Positions 56,074-64,000 of a DNA stretch of 64,000 nucleotides are shown here, piece by piece. The notes beneath the pieces are model-generated. The model had not been told where the DNA came from, did no database searches, and worked only from the letters and a program-made list of their open reading frames with translations. The DNA is from Candidatus Micrarchaeota archaeon. Its GTDB lineage: Archaea > Micrarchaeota > Micrarchaeia > Anstonellales > Bilamarchaeaceae. Both the position numbers and the translations under genes were made by a program. Every line of letters begins with the position of its first letter. Position 1 is the stretch's first letter. Where the stretch lies: contig JAFGCC010000017.1 of NCBI GenBank assembly GCA_016932815.1, positions 3,581-67,580 on the forward strand, read 5' to 3'.

Positions 56074-58066
56074 GGTGGCCCTTTTGATAAACGTCGGGGA
56101 AGATGACTTTCTCATTGCAACCGACATAGACCGCCTAATAGACATCCTCTCTACCCGCAAGGACGTGGAAGTCGGGAACCTCTCGCGCGAATTGAAGATG
56201 AACCGCAAGGAGGTGGAGAAATGGCTCCACGTCCTAGAAGAAGAGGGTTTAGTGGATTTGGTAAACCGCGTGGGCTCGCTCCACGTGGTCTGGATAATGG
56301 GCTCTCCGCACCCACAGGAGCATTCCCGCAGGAAAAAAGCGCCCCAGGCCCGCCCGCGGGAACCTGCCCCCGCGCGCAGGGAAACCCCCGTGCGCGAGGA
56401 AACGCCCGCCGCAATAGAGCTTGCAACAGAGATAGGCGCAATGCGCTCAGTCGCCCCCCCGCTCCCTTCAGGGGGAAGCGGAAAATCATTATTTTCGGGA
56501 ATCTTCCGCGGCAGAAGGCTCAGGAAGAAATCATCCGCAAAGGCTCCGCCTAGGATAAGCATTGAGGATGAGGAATCTGGGGCGGAACCGGAGGCGGAAG
56601 AGCCCGCACCGATAGCCCGCGAGTACGTTCCTACGCACAGGATTGCGAAAGTGGAAATCCAGAGGACCGAACCAGCCGGGCTTGAAGACGACATCCTAGA
56701 AGACGAACTACTGCAGGATGAAGAAGAGAAACTCCTTCCCCTGCGCAAAAGCCATGCCCCAAGCCGGGCGGAGCCCATCCCCACTATCATGGCACACGAA
56801 ATTGCGCCAGAACCGGAAGCGAGGATGAAAAAGAAACTAGAAAAAAGCGAATTCCTAAAACTCCCGCGCAGCCAGACTGGCAAGCTAAGGGCGCGCTTGG
56901 AAGATTACCTCCAATTAATCCGCGAAGGCAAAAGGGAACTCAATTCCCTGGAAACCGAAAAAGAGAAAATACACCGTGAAGGCTTCCTGTCCCTTGAAAA
57001 GGATTTTGAGGCAAGCCTGGACAACATAGAATACGCACTTCTTGAAAAGGAAAAAAGAATCCTTGAAGCAAAGGAGCGCTTCTCATCAATCCCGGAAAAA
57101 ATAGGCACGCTAAACGAGATACAGGAGTCCCTTAGCGGATTCGATTCCGATGCAAGGGAGCTCCTCTCAAAAACCAGGGAAGACCTGGACTCGCGCTGGA
57201 GCAGGCTCCAGGAAGTGGGGGAAGAACTCTCAGAAGAACTCGCAAAAGGCGAAGACGAAGCGATGCACGAGCGCAGCAGGATGATGCAATTGCGCGATAT
57301 GCTCCAGTCTATTGACCACGCAGAATCCCAGCTTAGGGAAACCCTCGTTTCAAGCAGGAGCGTAATAGAGGAGATGGAGGAGAAAGTGCGCGATGTTGAG
57401 GATTCGCTTGAAACGCTTTCCGATTCCCGCGCGCTCCTAGAAGAGAGGATTGAGGGAATCCGCTCAGCCCTTGAGCGCAAGATGAGGGGCCTAGACGAAT
57501 TGCGCACCCAGATGGAACAAATCGAGGAAGTGGAATCCTGGTTCCGCGAATACTCAGAAGACTACGAATCCAAGATGGACGAGCTCCAGCAATACGTGCA
57601 GGAGAGCGAGGAAGAGCTCTCCCACATAAAGAAGGCAGCGGAGCTTGAATACGTAAAGCGCTACCTTGGGGAGCTAGAAGGAACAGAGCAGAAATACCGC
57701 GACAACCTTGGCGCACTGGAGATGGAGGAAGCGAGCATAGACGAGAAAATCTCCGAAGTCCGCTCCCGCATAAAGCAGCTAATGCGCGAGAGTTCCGAAC
57801 TAATGTCCAAGTACCGCCAGATGACAGAGGGCGGAGCAGGGTTTGAGGAGATGGTCGCAACCGCGAAATCCAAATCACGCGTACAGCTTAGGACGATTGA
57901 GGAAAAAGCCAGGCAGCGCGGAAAGCTCCCAAGTTCCATAGCGCCCAGCCTGAAAAAGGCTGCGCCCAAAACCGCGAAATCCGCGCCCAGGCCAAAGGCC
58001 CGCACAAAGAAGCGTGCAAGTGCCAAAAAACCTTCGGGCAGGAGCGGAAGGAAATCCCGCAAATAG
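56063..58066 (+). CDS. long coiled-coil protein with N-terminal wHTH-like domain, Pro/Arg-rich linker and Lys/Arg-rich C-terminal tail
   Basis: N-term 'LSRELKMNRKEVEKWLHVLEEEGLVDLV' wHTH-like; >350 aa of heptad-rich E/K/R/L sequence; tail 'KARTKKRASAKKPSGRSGRKSRK'; start probably non-ATG (TTG 56063) overlapping rpl10e stop. Confidence 0.5.
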   Translation: MPDEVALLINVGEDDFLIATDIDRLIDILSTRKDVEVGNLSRELKMNRKEVEKWLHVLEEEGLVDLVNRVGSLHVVWIMGSPHPQEHSRRKKAPQARPREPAPARRETPVREETPAAIELATEIGAMRSVAPPLPSGGSGKSLFSGIFRGRRLRKKSSAKAPPRISIEDEESGAEPEAEEPAPIAREYVPTHRIAKVEIQRTEPAGLEDDILEDELLQDEEEKLLPLRKSHAPSRAEPIPTIMAHEIAPEPEARMKKKLEKSEFLKLPRSQTGKLRARLEDYLQLIREGKRELNSLETEKEKIHREGFLSLEKDFEASLDNIEYALLEKEKRILEAKERFSSIPEKIGTLNEIQESLSGFDSDARELLSKTREDLDSRWSRLQEVGEELSEELAKGEDEAMHERSRMMQLRDMLQSIDHAESQLRETLVSSRSVIEEMEEKVRDVEDSLETLSDSRALLEERIEGIRSALERKMRGLDELRTQMEQIEEVESWFREYSEDYESKMDELQQYVQESEEELSHIKKAAELEYVKRYLGELEGTEQKYRDNLGALEMEEASIDEKISEVRSRIKQLMRESSELMSKYRQMTEGGAGFEEMVATAKSKSRVQLRTIEEKARQRGKLPSSIAPSLKKAAPKTAKSAPRPKARTKKRASAKKPSGRSGRKSRK

Positions 58067-58145
58067 CGGCACTCCCCGCCATTCAAATTTTTTGCACTCC
58101 ACCCTACGTCGTAGCACTCAACGCGCGCGCGTTATTTATTTTAAA

Positions 58146-58159
58146 AAGATATATAAATG
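58146..58159 (+). promoter_or_regulatory. TATA-like box about 28 nt upstream of giant ORF start
   Basis: 'aagatatataaatg'; in-frame TAG at 58184-58186 then ATG 58187. Confidence 0.45.
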
Positions 58160-58186
58160 CTATTTCCGTTGTTTTTTTGTGGGTAG

Positions 58187-61100
58187 ATGAGTGAAGGTTG
58201 TGCAAAATCAGGATTACTTAGTTCCATTGCCATAATCCTACTACTCTTCCTATCCGGCAGCGCAGGCGTTTTCTGCCCCATAGAAAACGTGGACGCAAAC
58301 GGCACTTCCTGCAACTACCAGGTAATCCCGATACTAGTCCCAATTGAGGAAACCCTGCTTACTACCGACGACTTCGTGCAGGGCCCAGCTGAAATCGGCC
58401 AGCCTGTTAGGTGGCGGAGGATCTTCACCCCATCTCGCACCTCCAACTCCATGGAGATTGAGCTGCACGCAAACGCATTCGACATCGCACTCAACGCCCC
58501 GGTCAACGGCACCCACTTCTGGCTCTCCCCATCTTCCTGGTCGATTGAGCGCTATGCGTCTTCCCCCAGGGGCGACAAGGGAATTTTCAGGATGATTTTC
58601 AATGCGGGCCTCCCTTCCGGGAGCACAGGCGAAGTGGAAGCCGAATACTACACCGAAGCCCCCGCAATAAACGTGACGCCCCTCTCCCACGACAAAATCG
58701 CAGTGAGGGTTTCTTCCCAGACCCACTACCAGAACATCCTAGCATACGCGGACGTCCCGGACACCCAATACCGCGAGGGCGGCATCTCGCTATACCTCAC
58801 GACCAACGGCACCTTTGAGCAGGCGCAAATAACGAACTATTCTGACACCAACGGGAACGGGTTCATAGACCGCATATACTGGATAGTCCCCCACCTTAGC
58901 GAGCAGACCTACGAGATAGTCCTAATAAGCGGCGCAGAGCACCTGGATGAAAACCGCACGTTCGTAGAAGACGCCTACGAGTACGTGCGCACCAGGGGCG
59001 ACAACCTCTCAATCCAAATCCCGGATGGCCACTACCTGCGCGCGGCATTCGAGCGCCCCCTCAATTCTTCTGCCGACATAACGATTTACGCTTCAAGCAA
59101 TTCCTCCAACGCCTCTGTTGCGGTCTATGAAAGAAACGAGTCCACCCTGCTTGCCGATTTCGGAACCATAAGCCAATACGGCAAATACCAGGTGTTCCTC
59201 ACCCTCCTAAATGGGACGCAGGACACTTTCGACTTGCGGGTGTCCGGAGGGGAAGTCGTTTTCGATTACGTCACCGACCCGCCCTACAACGACACGATGA
59301 TGTCGCTCAACCCCAACTTCCGCTGGGTGCTGGATGGGGATTTCACAGACGAGATGGGCAATCTGGACGGAACTCCGGGGCAGGCACCCGATTACGTTGC
59401 CACGATAATCCCCCACAGCGAGCATCCCCAGTGCGGAGATTTCACGCCCAACGACGAGATGCACGTAGCCGACGACCCCCTCATAAACACGGGAAGCGGC
59501 TACGTGGGGGAAGTGCGCTCAATCTCGGTATGGTTCATAGCCGACACAATCCCCACCAACGACGGGAACGTAATCTGGGGGGAGGGAGGGGGAAGCAACT
59601 CCCTCTCAGTCTATACTTATGATGATGGCGGAACCACGAAAGTCTACTGTGCCGCAGTAGAAGGCGGAAACGAAGACTGGGTGGAATACCCAATAACCGC
59701 CGGAGAACTCTACCACCTAGGCTGTACCTACGACTTCCCCAATGATGAAATAAACATGTACCTAAACGGAACGCTCGTTGACACCGACAACTCGCTCTCA
59801 ATAGGGGCTTCTCTTAATTCCCACGGAGCCAACAACGCCCTGGGCGGCCAGGACGGGAACACCGACAACCACCTGGGAACCCAGATGAGCGACAACTTCG
59901 ATGGGAGGATTGCGGATTTCGCCTACTGGAGCGGAGGAACCGTCCTGAGCGCGGAGAACATGAGCGCCATCTTCAATTCCGGAATGTACGGCTCGCCCAG
60001 CGGGGAAGTGGAATGGAACGTGTCCTCGCTCGACCTTGGCACGGCTTACACTTCCGAACCCCCCACGGGAGCGGCGAGCATAACCTCAAATGGCACAAAC
60101 AGCAACGCCACAGTCTCATGCGTGTATGGGAACTGCACCAAGATTGCGGACAGCTGGATAGACGGCACGAACATGTCCGATTCCCAGTCATTCGATGTAA
60201 ACTTCACCTGCAACTCCACAACCGCAGGCAGTTTCTCCGCATTGTTCAACGCAACCTCCGATGAAGACGCAACGCCCAGCCAGATAAACGTTTCATGCAC
60301 GCTGATGCAGCCTTCAGTTGAATGGAACATGTCGGAGCTGGAGATTGGAACCGCAGAGCCGGATGAGGGTTCGCTCCATGGCTCAGCCAACATAACCTCC
60401 AACGGCACAAACAGCAACGTCGCACTATCCTGCGTGTATGGAAACTGCACAGAAATCACCGAAGACTGGCTTGACACTACCGACATGCACGATGGCGAAA
60501 CCTTCATGGTGAATTTCACCTGCTCCAATTCCTCTATCGGGAATTTCTCGGCAATCTTCAACCTCACTTCCGATTGGGATGCCTCCCCGGAGCAGGTAAA
60601 CGTGACCTGCACTATTGACTATTATCCCTCAATCCACATAATATCCGCAGTCCACCTAGATGAAAACAGGCTATTCATAGAAGACGTTTACGAGAAGGTA
60701 AAAACGATAGATTCCCTGAGGGCGAGAATCCCGCCCACACACTACCTAAGAGTCGTTTTCGACAGGGAGCTTGACGCTTCCAAGGACATAACGATTTACG
60801 CGGCGCACCCCCCGGGCCCCGGCACCCCATACGTTGACGTTTATGAGGAAGGGGGTTCCACGGCCATCGCCTCTTTCGGGGAAATCTCGCAGTATGGGAA
60901 ATACCAGACGTTCCTAACCCTGCTAAATGGCACCCAGGACACTTTTGATTTGCGGGTAATAGGCGCGCAAGTCGGTTTCGATTACGTCACCGACCCCCCA
61001 CAGTGGGATTATAATTTCAGCAAATGCAAAAACATCACCCTCACAAACGTGGGCACCACCAACCTTACCGATTTCACCATTTACGTGAACGTGAGCTACG

Positions 61101-64000
61101 ATTCGGACATGCGCTCGGACTACGGGGACATCCGCTTCGTGGATTCTCCCTGCGACAGCGGAGGCAACCCCTTCAACTACGAAATAGAATACACCGATGC
61201 AAACCACGCAGACACCTGGGTGCGCCTCGATTACCTCCCTCCCGAAGGCAGGATAATTTCCATGTATTATGGAAACGACAGCACGGCCTCAAGCCAGAAC
61301 CCCGCAACCGCCTGGAACTACACCTACACGAGCATCTACCACCTAAACCACACAAGCGGAAATGCAATAGACACAATGGGGAACCATTCCGCCACGGAGG
61401 TGGTGGACCCGGACTCCAACATGGACGTCCTTGGAATGTTCGGGCGGGCGGATTATTTTGATGGCAGCGACTACCTTGACAACAACCCCAAGTGGTCGGT
61501 AACCGCCCCGTTTGCCTACGAAGCGTGGATACGCGCCGATACTTCCTCCTCCGACATGATAATCCTAGAAGACGGAGCGCAGGTGCAGGGTGCGGGAATC
61601 GGGGTAAGCTCTTCTGGCTACTTCGTTTTCGGAGGCTACTATTCATCCTCCTACCGCTCTGCCAATTCCACTGCCGCAGTAGACGACAACCAATGGCACT
61701 ACGTAGTGGGGGTAAACGAGCCTGGCTACAATATGCTAGCATACGTGGACGGAGTTCTCGTGGCGAACACCTCAGGCATTGCAGGCGGCCTCAACCCCGG
61801 CTCCAACGGGGCCGCAATAGCGTTTGTCAACAACATAGACTCCACGTTCCCTTCCGGAGGAACCTATTTCACCGGATACCTAGATGAAATCCGCGTCTCC
61901 ACAAACGTGCTGCGCACATCCGACTGGATAAACCAGACCTACCTGGCAGTCGTAAACCAGAGCGGCATCGTGGCTTTCGGGGCCGAGCAGGCCCGCGACG
62001 GCTCTGGGGCCTCGGTTTCCTGGAACGTGTCTTCGCTTGATTTGGGAGTTGGCGCGCAATCAGGCGGCCCAATTGCGGGTTCTGCGAACATAACCTCAAG
62101 CGGGACCAACAGCAACATCACAGTATCCTGCGATTCCGGCAACTGCTCAACTATCAGCGAAGACTGGATAGACAGCACCAACATGACTGATGGCCAGTCA
62201 TTCATTGCAAACTTTAGCTGCTCCAACTCAACAGCAGGGAATTTCTCGGCAACCTTCAACCTGAGTTCCGCGCAGGACACCTCAATTGAGCAGATAGTGG
62301 TAAACTGCACAATCGTCACTCCCCCCGGGATAACGATAAACTCGCCTTCGGGAATTCTCGCGGACGTTACCCCCGCCCTCAACATTACCCTTGACCAGGC
62401 TGCCGACACGCTCTGGTACAACGTGGATGGCGGGGCAAACTCCACAATCTGCACTTCCTGCGGCGGGGAGCAGGCAACGTTCCTCCACCTTGCAGAAGGC
62501 AGCTACACAATCCACGTGTATGCAAACAACACCGTAGGCCAGAATTACGAAAACTCTTCATTTACAGTAGACATGAATGGCAACTACTTTGACAGCTTCG
62601 AAGACAATTCGAGTGTGGAAACCTACGAAGGGGTAACCTACAACCCCGGGAACATAAGTTTCGAAGGCTCCGGCTCTTCCCCCCCGGATTCCTGGTGGGA
62701 TCCAAGCTTTTCGCGGTGCCGCAACATCACCGTAACAAACGTAGGCTCAAGCACCCTCACGAACTTCCCCCTGTATGTGAATGTGACCTACGATTCCGAC
62801 ATGAAAGCGGATTATTCGGACTTGCGCTTTGTGAATACTTCCTGCAACAACAACGGAAGCGCGCTTGATTTTGAAATAGAATACTCAAATGCCAGCCACG
62901 CGGCAACATGGGTGGAAATCCCCAGCCTCCCCGCGGGGGGCACCACGATTTCAGTCTACTACGGCAATTCCAGCGCATCCCCGGCCCACAACCCCTCAGG
63001 AGTCTGGGATTCCAACTACGCTGCAATCTACCACTTCAACCACACAACCGGGGCCCTTGCCGACACCAAGGGGGCATTCAACGTTCCGGATGGGATGTCC
63101 CCGGATTCCAACAAGGACGTAATGGGCGTAACCGGAAGGGCGGATTATTTTGATGGCGGGGATTATTTCGGCCCGCAGAGCTGGGACCTAGACGATACCG
63201 GAACGGGCTTTGCCTACTGCGCCTGGGTGCGCTTTAGCAGCACCAGCCTGATGGTGGTGGCTGAAGACGGGGCCTACGTAAGCGGGGCAGGGATAGGGAT
63301 GACCGGGGGCAACCTCCGCTTCGGGGTAAGCATATCCTCCACCCACTACCCAATAGACAGCACGAGCACTTACAACGACGATTCATGGCACTATATGTGC
63401 GGAGTTTCCACAGGGACCCAGACCCAGCTTTATGTGGACGGCGAACTGGATGGGCAGGAAACCCGCACCGCTGCAATAGGAACCGATGCTGGAGGAGTCG
63501 GCTACGGCCTAGGCGGGAGCGCCGGAAATGCGGTATCCGGAGATGGCAGCAGCAACTACTACTACACAGGCTACATGGACGAACTCTGGATGTCCTACAC
63601 CTCAAGGAGCGCCGACTGGATAAACCAGACCTACCAGGCAATAGCCAGCCAGGCTTCGATAGTAAGCATAGGGGGCGAGGAATCCTCCGCAGGCTCCTCT
63701 GGAGGCTCCGGCAATTTCACCTCATACTCGATAAACACGACCGGCCTAATAGGCAGCTTCTTGGATATAACCTGGAACGAAGTAGGAACGGATTCGACCA
63801 ACAACATCTCAGTGAAAATCAGCGTGGACAACGGCAACAACTATTATGCGGCAACCAACGGCTCAAGCTTATCCGGCTTCACGCCCGGAAGCGCCATAAT
63901 CTACCGCGCCATCTTCACAACCGACAGCGCGGCAACGATTGCATTAACCGACATGAACATCACATGGGCAAGCGAGGCGGTCTCATGGAACCAGTCCTCA
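58187..64000 (+). CDS. giant secreted/surface protein, 3'-truncated by window end (>1938 aa), with signal-peptide-like N-terminus, DUF2341-like and LamG/ConA-like lectin modules and internal repeats
   Basis: No stop in frame from 58187 to 64000 (ORF absent from track because unterminated); N-term 'LLSSIAIILLLFLSGSAGVF'; >60 N-x-S/T sequons; LamG-type signature 'YLDEIRVSTNVLRTSDWINQTY' / 'YMDELWMSYTSRSADWINQTY'; DUF2341-like 'CKNITLTNVG..NFTIYVNVSYDSDMRSDYGDIRFVD...YEIEY...WVRLDYLPPEGRIISMYYGN'. Confidence 0.75.
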   Translation, partial: MSEGCAKSGLLSSIAIILLLFLSGSAGVFCPIENVDANGTSCNYQVIPILVPIEETLLTTDDFVQGPAEIGQPVRWRRIFTPSRTSNSMEIELHANAFDIALNAPVNGTHFWLSPSSWSIERYASSPRGDKGIFRMIFNAGLPSGSTGEVEAEYYTEAPAINVTPLSHDKIAVRVSSQTHYQNILAYADVPDTQYREGGISLYLTTNGTFEQAQITNYSDTNGNGFIDRIYWIVPHLSEQTYEIVLISGAEHLDENRTFVEDAYEYVRTRGDNLSIQIPDGHYLRAAFERPLNSSADITIYASSNSSNASVAVYERNESTLLADFGTISQYGKYQVFLTLLNGTQDTFDLRVSGGEVVFDYVTDPPYNDTMMSLNPNFRWVLDGDFTDEMGNLDGTPGQAPDYVATIIPHSEHPQCGDFTPNDEMHVADDPLINTGSGYVGEVRSISVWFIADTIPTNDGNVIWGEGGGSNSLSVYTYDDGGTTKVYCAAVEGGNEDWVEYPITAGELYHLGCTYDFPNDEINMYLNGTLVDTDNSLSIGASLNSHGANNALGGQDGNTDNHLGTQMSDNFDGRIADFAYWSGGTVLSAENMSAIFNSGMYGSPSGEVEWNVSSLDLGTAYTSEPPTGAASITSNGTNSNATVSCVYGNCTKIADSWIDGTNMSDSQSFDVNFTCNSTTAGSFSALFNATSDEDATPSQINVSCTLMQPSVEWNMSELEIGTAEPDEGSLHGSANITSNGTNSNVALSCVYGNCTEITEDWLDTTDMHDGETFMVNFTCSNSSIGNFSAIFNLTSDWDASPEQVNVTCTIDYYPSIHIISAVHLDENRLFIEDVYEKVKTIDSLRARIPPTHYLRVVFDRELDASKDITIYAAHPPGPGTPYVDVYEEGGSTAIASFGEISQYGKYQTFLTLLNGTQDTFDLRVIGAQVGFDYVTDPPQWDYNFSKCKNITLTNVGTTNLTDFTIYVNVSYDSDMRSDYGDIRFVDSPCDSGGNPFNYEIEYTDANHADTWVRLDYLPPEGRIISMYYGNDSTASSQNPATAWNYTYTSIYHLNHTSGNAIDTMGNHSATEVVDPDSNMDVLGMFGRADYFDGSDYLDNNPKWSVTAPFAYEAWIRADTSSSDMIILEDGAQVQGAGIGVSSSGYFVFGGYYSSSYRSANSTAAVDDNQWHYVVGVNEPGYNMLAYVDGVLVANTSGIAGGLNPGSNGAAIAFVNNIDSTFPSGGTYFTGYLDEIRVSTNVLRTSDWINQTYLAVVNQSGIVAFGAEQARDGSGASVSWNVSSLDLGVGAQSGGPIAGSANITSSGTNSNITVSCDSGNCSTISEDWIDSTNMTDGQSFIANFSCSNSTAGNFSATFNLSSAQDTSIEQIVVNCTIVTPPGITINSPSGILADVTPALNITLDQAADTLWYNVDGGANSTICTSCGGEQATFLHLAEGSYTIHVYANNTVGQNYENSSFTVDMNGNYFDSFEDNSSVETYEGVTYNPGNISFEGSGSSPPDSWWDPSFSRCRNITVTNVGSSTLTNFPLYVNVTYDSDMKADYSDLRFVNTSCNNNGSALDFEIEYSNASHAATWVEIPSLPAGGTTISVYYGNSSASPAHNPSGVWDSNYAAIYHFNHTTGALADTKGAFNVPDGMSPDSNKDVMGVTGRADYFDGGDYFGPQSWDLDDTGTGFAYCAWVRFSSTSLMVVAEDGAYVSGAGIGMTGGNLRFGVSISSTHYPIDSTSTYNDDSWHYMCGVSTGTQTQLYVDGELDGQETRTAAIGTDAGGVGYGLGGSAGNAVSGDGSSNYYYTGYMDELWMSYTSRSADWINQTYQAIASQASIVSIGGEESSAGSSGGSGNFTSYSINTTGLIGSFLDITWNEVGTDSTNNISVKISVDNGNNYYAATNGSSLSGFTPGSAIIYRAIFTTDSAATIALTDMNITWASEAVSWNQSS
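58938..59283 (+). repeat. intragenic repeat R1 copy a (about 115 aa 'HLDENRTFVEDAYE...TFDLRVSGGEVVFDYVTDPP')
   Basis: Same module recurs at 60652-61000 with high nucleotide identity at its 3' end ('caggacacttt(c/t)ga(c/t)ttgcgggt...ttcgattacgtcaccgacc'). Confidence 0.7.
60005..60303 (+). repeat. intragenic Cys-rich repeat R2 copy a (about 100 aa)
   Basis: 'EWNVSSLDLG...NITSNGTNSNATVSCVYGNCTKIADSWIDGTNMSD..FDVNFTCNSTTAGSFSALFN..INVSCTL'. Confidence 0.7.
60316..60614 (+). repeat. intragenic Cys-rich repeat R2 copy b
   Basis: 'EWNMSELEIG...NITSNGTNSNVALSCVYGNCTEITEDWLDTTDMHD..FMVNFTCSNSSIGNFSAIFN..VNVTCTI'. Confidence 0.7.
60652..61000 (+). repeat. intragenic repeat R1 copy b
   Basis: 'HLDENRLFIEDVYEKV...TFDLRVIGAQVGFDYVTDPP'. 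Confidence 0.7.
61000..61960 (+). repeat. intragenic module R3 copy a: DUF2341-like + LamG-like
   Basis: 'WDYNFSKCKNITLTNVGTTNLTDFTIYVNV...' through '...DEIRVSTNVLRTSDWINQTYLAV'. Confidence 0.65.
62035..62320 (+). repeat. intragenic Cys-rich repeat R2 copy c
   Basis: 'SWNVSSLDLG...NITSSGTNSNITVSCDSGNCSTISEDWIDSTNMTD..FIANFSCSNSTAGNFSATFN..IVVNCTI'. Confidence 0.7.
62695..63650 (+). repeat. intragenic module R3 copy b: DUF2341-like + LamG-like
   Basis: 'WWDPSFSRCRNITVTNVGSSTLTNFPLYVNV...' through '...DELWMSYTSRSADWINQTYQAI'. Confidence 0.65.

Noticed and set aside
55870-56883. 337-aa minus-strand ORF overlapping rpl10e end and the coiled-coil gene
   Set aside because: Ser/Ala/Arg-rich low-complexity translation typical of an antisense shadow ORF in GC-rich coding DNA. 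The plus-strand genes have recognisable domains (L10e) or coherent coiled-coil periodicity.
60046-62454. Minus-strand ORFs (188, 189 and 171 aa) inside the giant surface-protein gene
   Set aside because: Antisense to an uninterrupted >5.8-kb frame with repeated domain signatures. The minus ORFs mirror the repeats and have no start context.

Overview
Archaeal chromosomal segment of roughly 55-57% GC. Evidence for archaeal origin: AT-rich TATA/BRE-like boxes about 25-30 nt upstream of many start codons (leaderless-type architecture), and genes for replication factor C small subunit, ScpA/ScpB, ribosomal protein L10e, a KaiC-like ATPase and class III (pilin-type) signal peptides. The many compact 4-nt gene overlaps and unusual fusions suggest a small-genome (possibly DPANN-like) archaeon; this is inference only. 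The window is a mosaic. Housekeeping genes (prs, pyrB, tmk, tRNA-Glu, rfcS, ileS, eno, valS, pyrC, scpA, scpB, hisS, rpl10e, glycosyltransferases, peptidases) are interrupted by lineage-specific gene sets with no recognisable function. (1) A 5-gene translationally coupled cluster at 1-5790, built around a HerA/VirB4-like P-loop ATPase plus membrane and coiled-coil/wHTH proteins. (2) A tandem paralog pair at 11111-12796. (3) A tandem paralog triplet of membrane proteins at 30847-33577. (4) A duplicated two-gene cassette (A-B ... A'-B') with a unique gene C between the copies at 45446-52186; A, C and A' are compositionally atypical, and A and C share an N-terminal 'VPVK[VL]E' motif where A' has a twin-arginine signal. 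(5) A giant ORF of more than 1938 aa that is open from 58187 to the window end; it is rich in Cys and N-glycosylation sequons, is internally repeated, and has DUF2341-like plus LamG-like modules. Candidates (1), (4) and (5) are the best bets for an undescribed system. Their function cannot be assigned from sequence alone.
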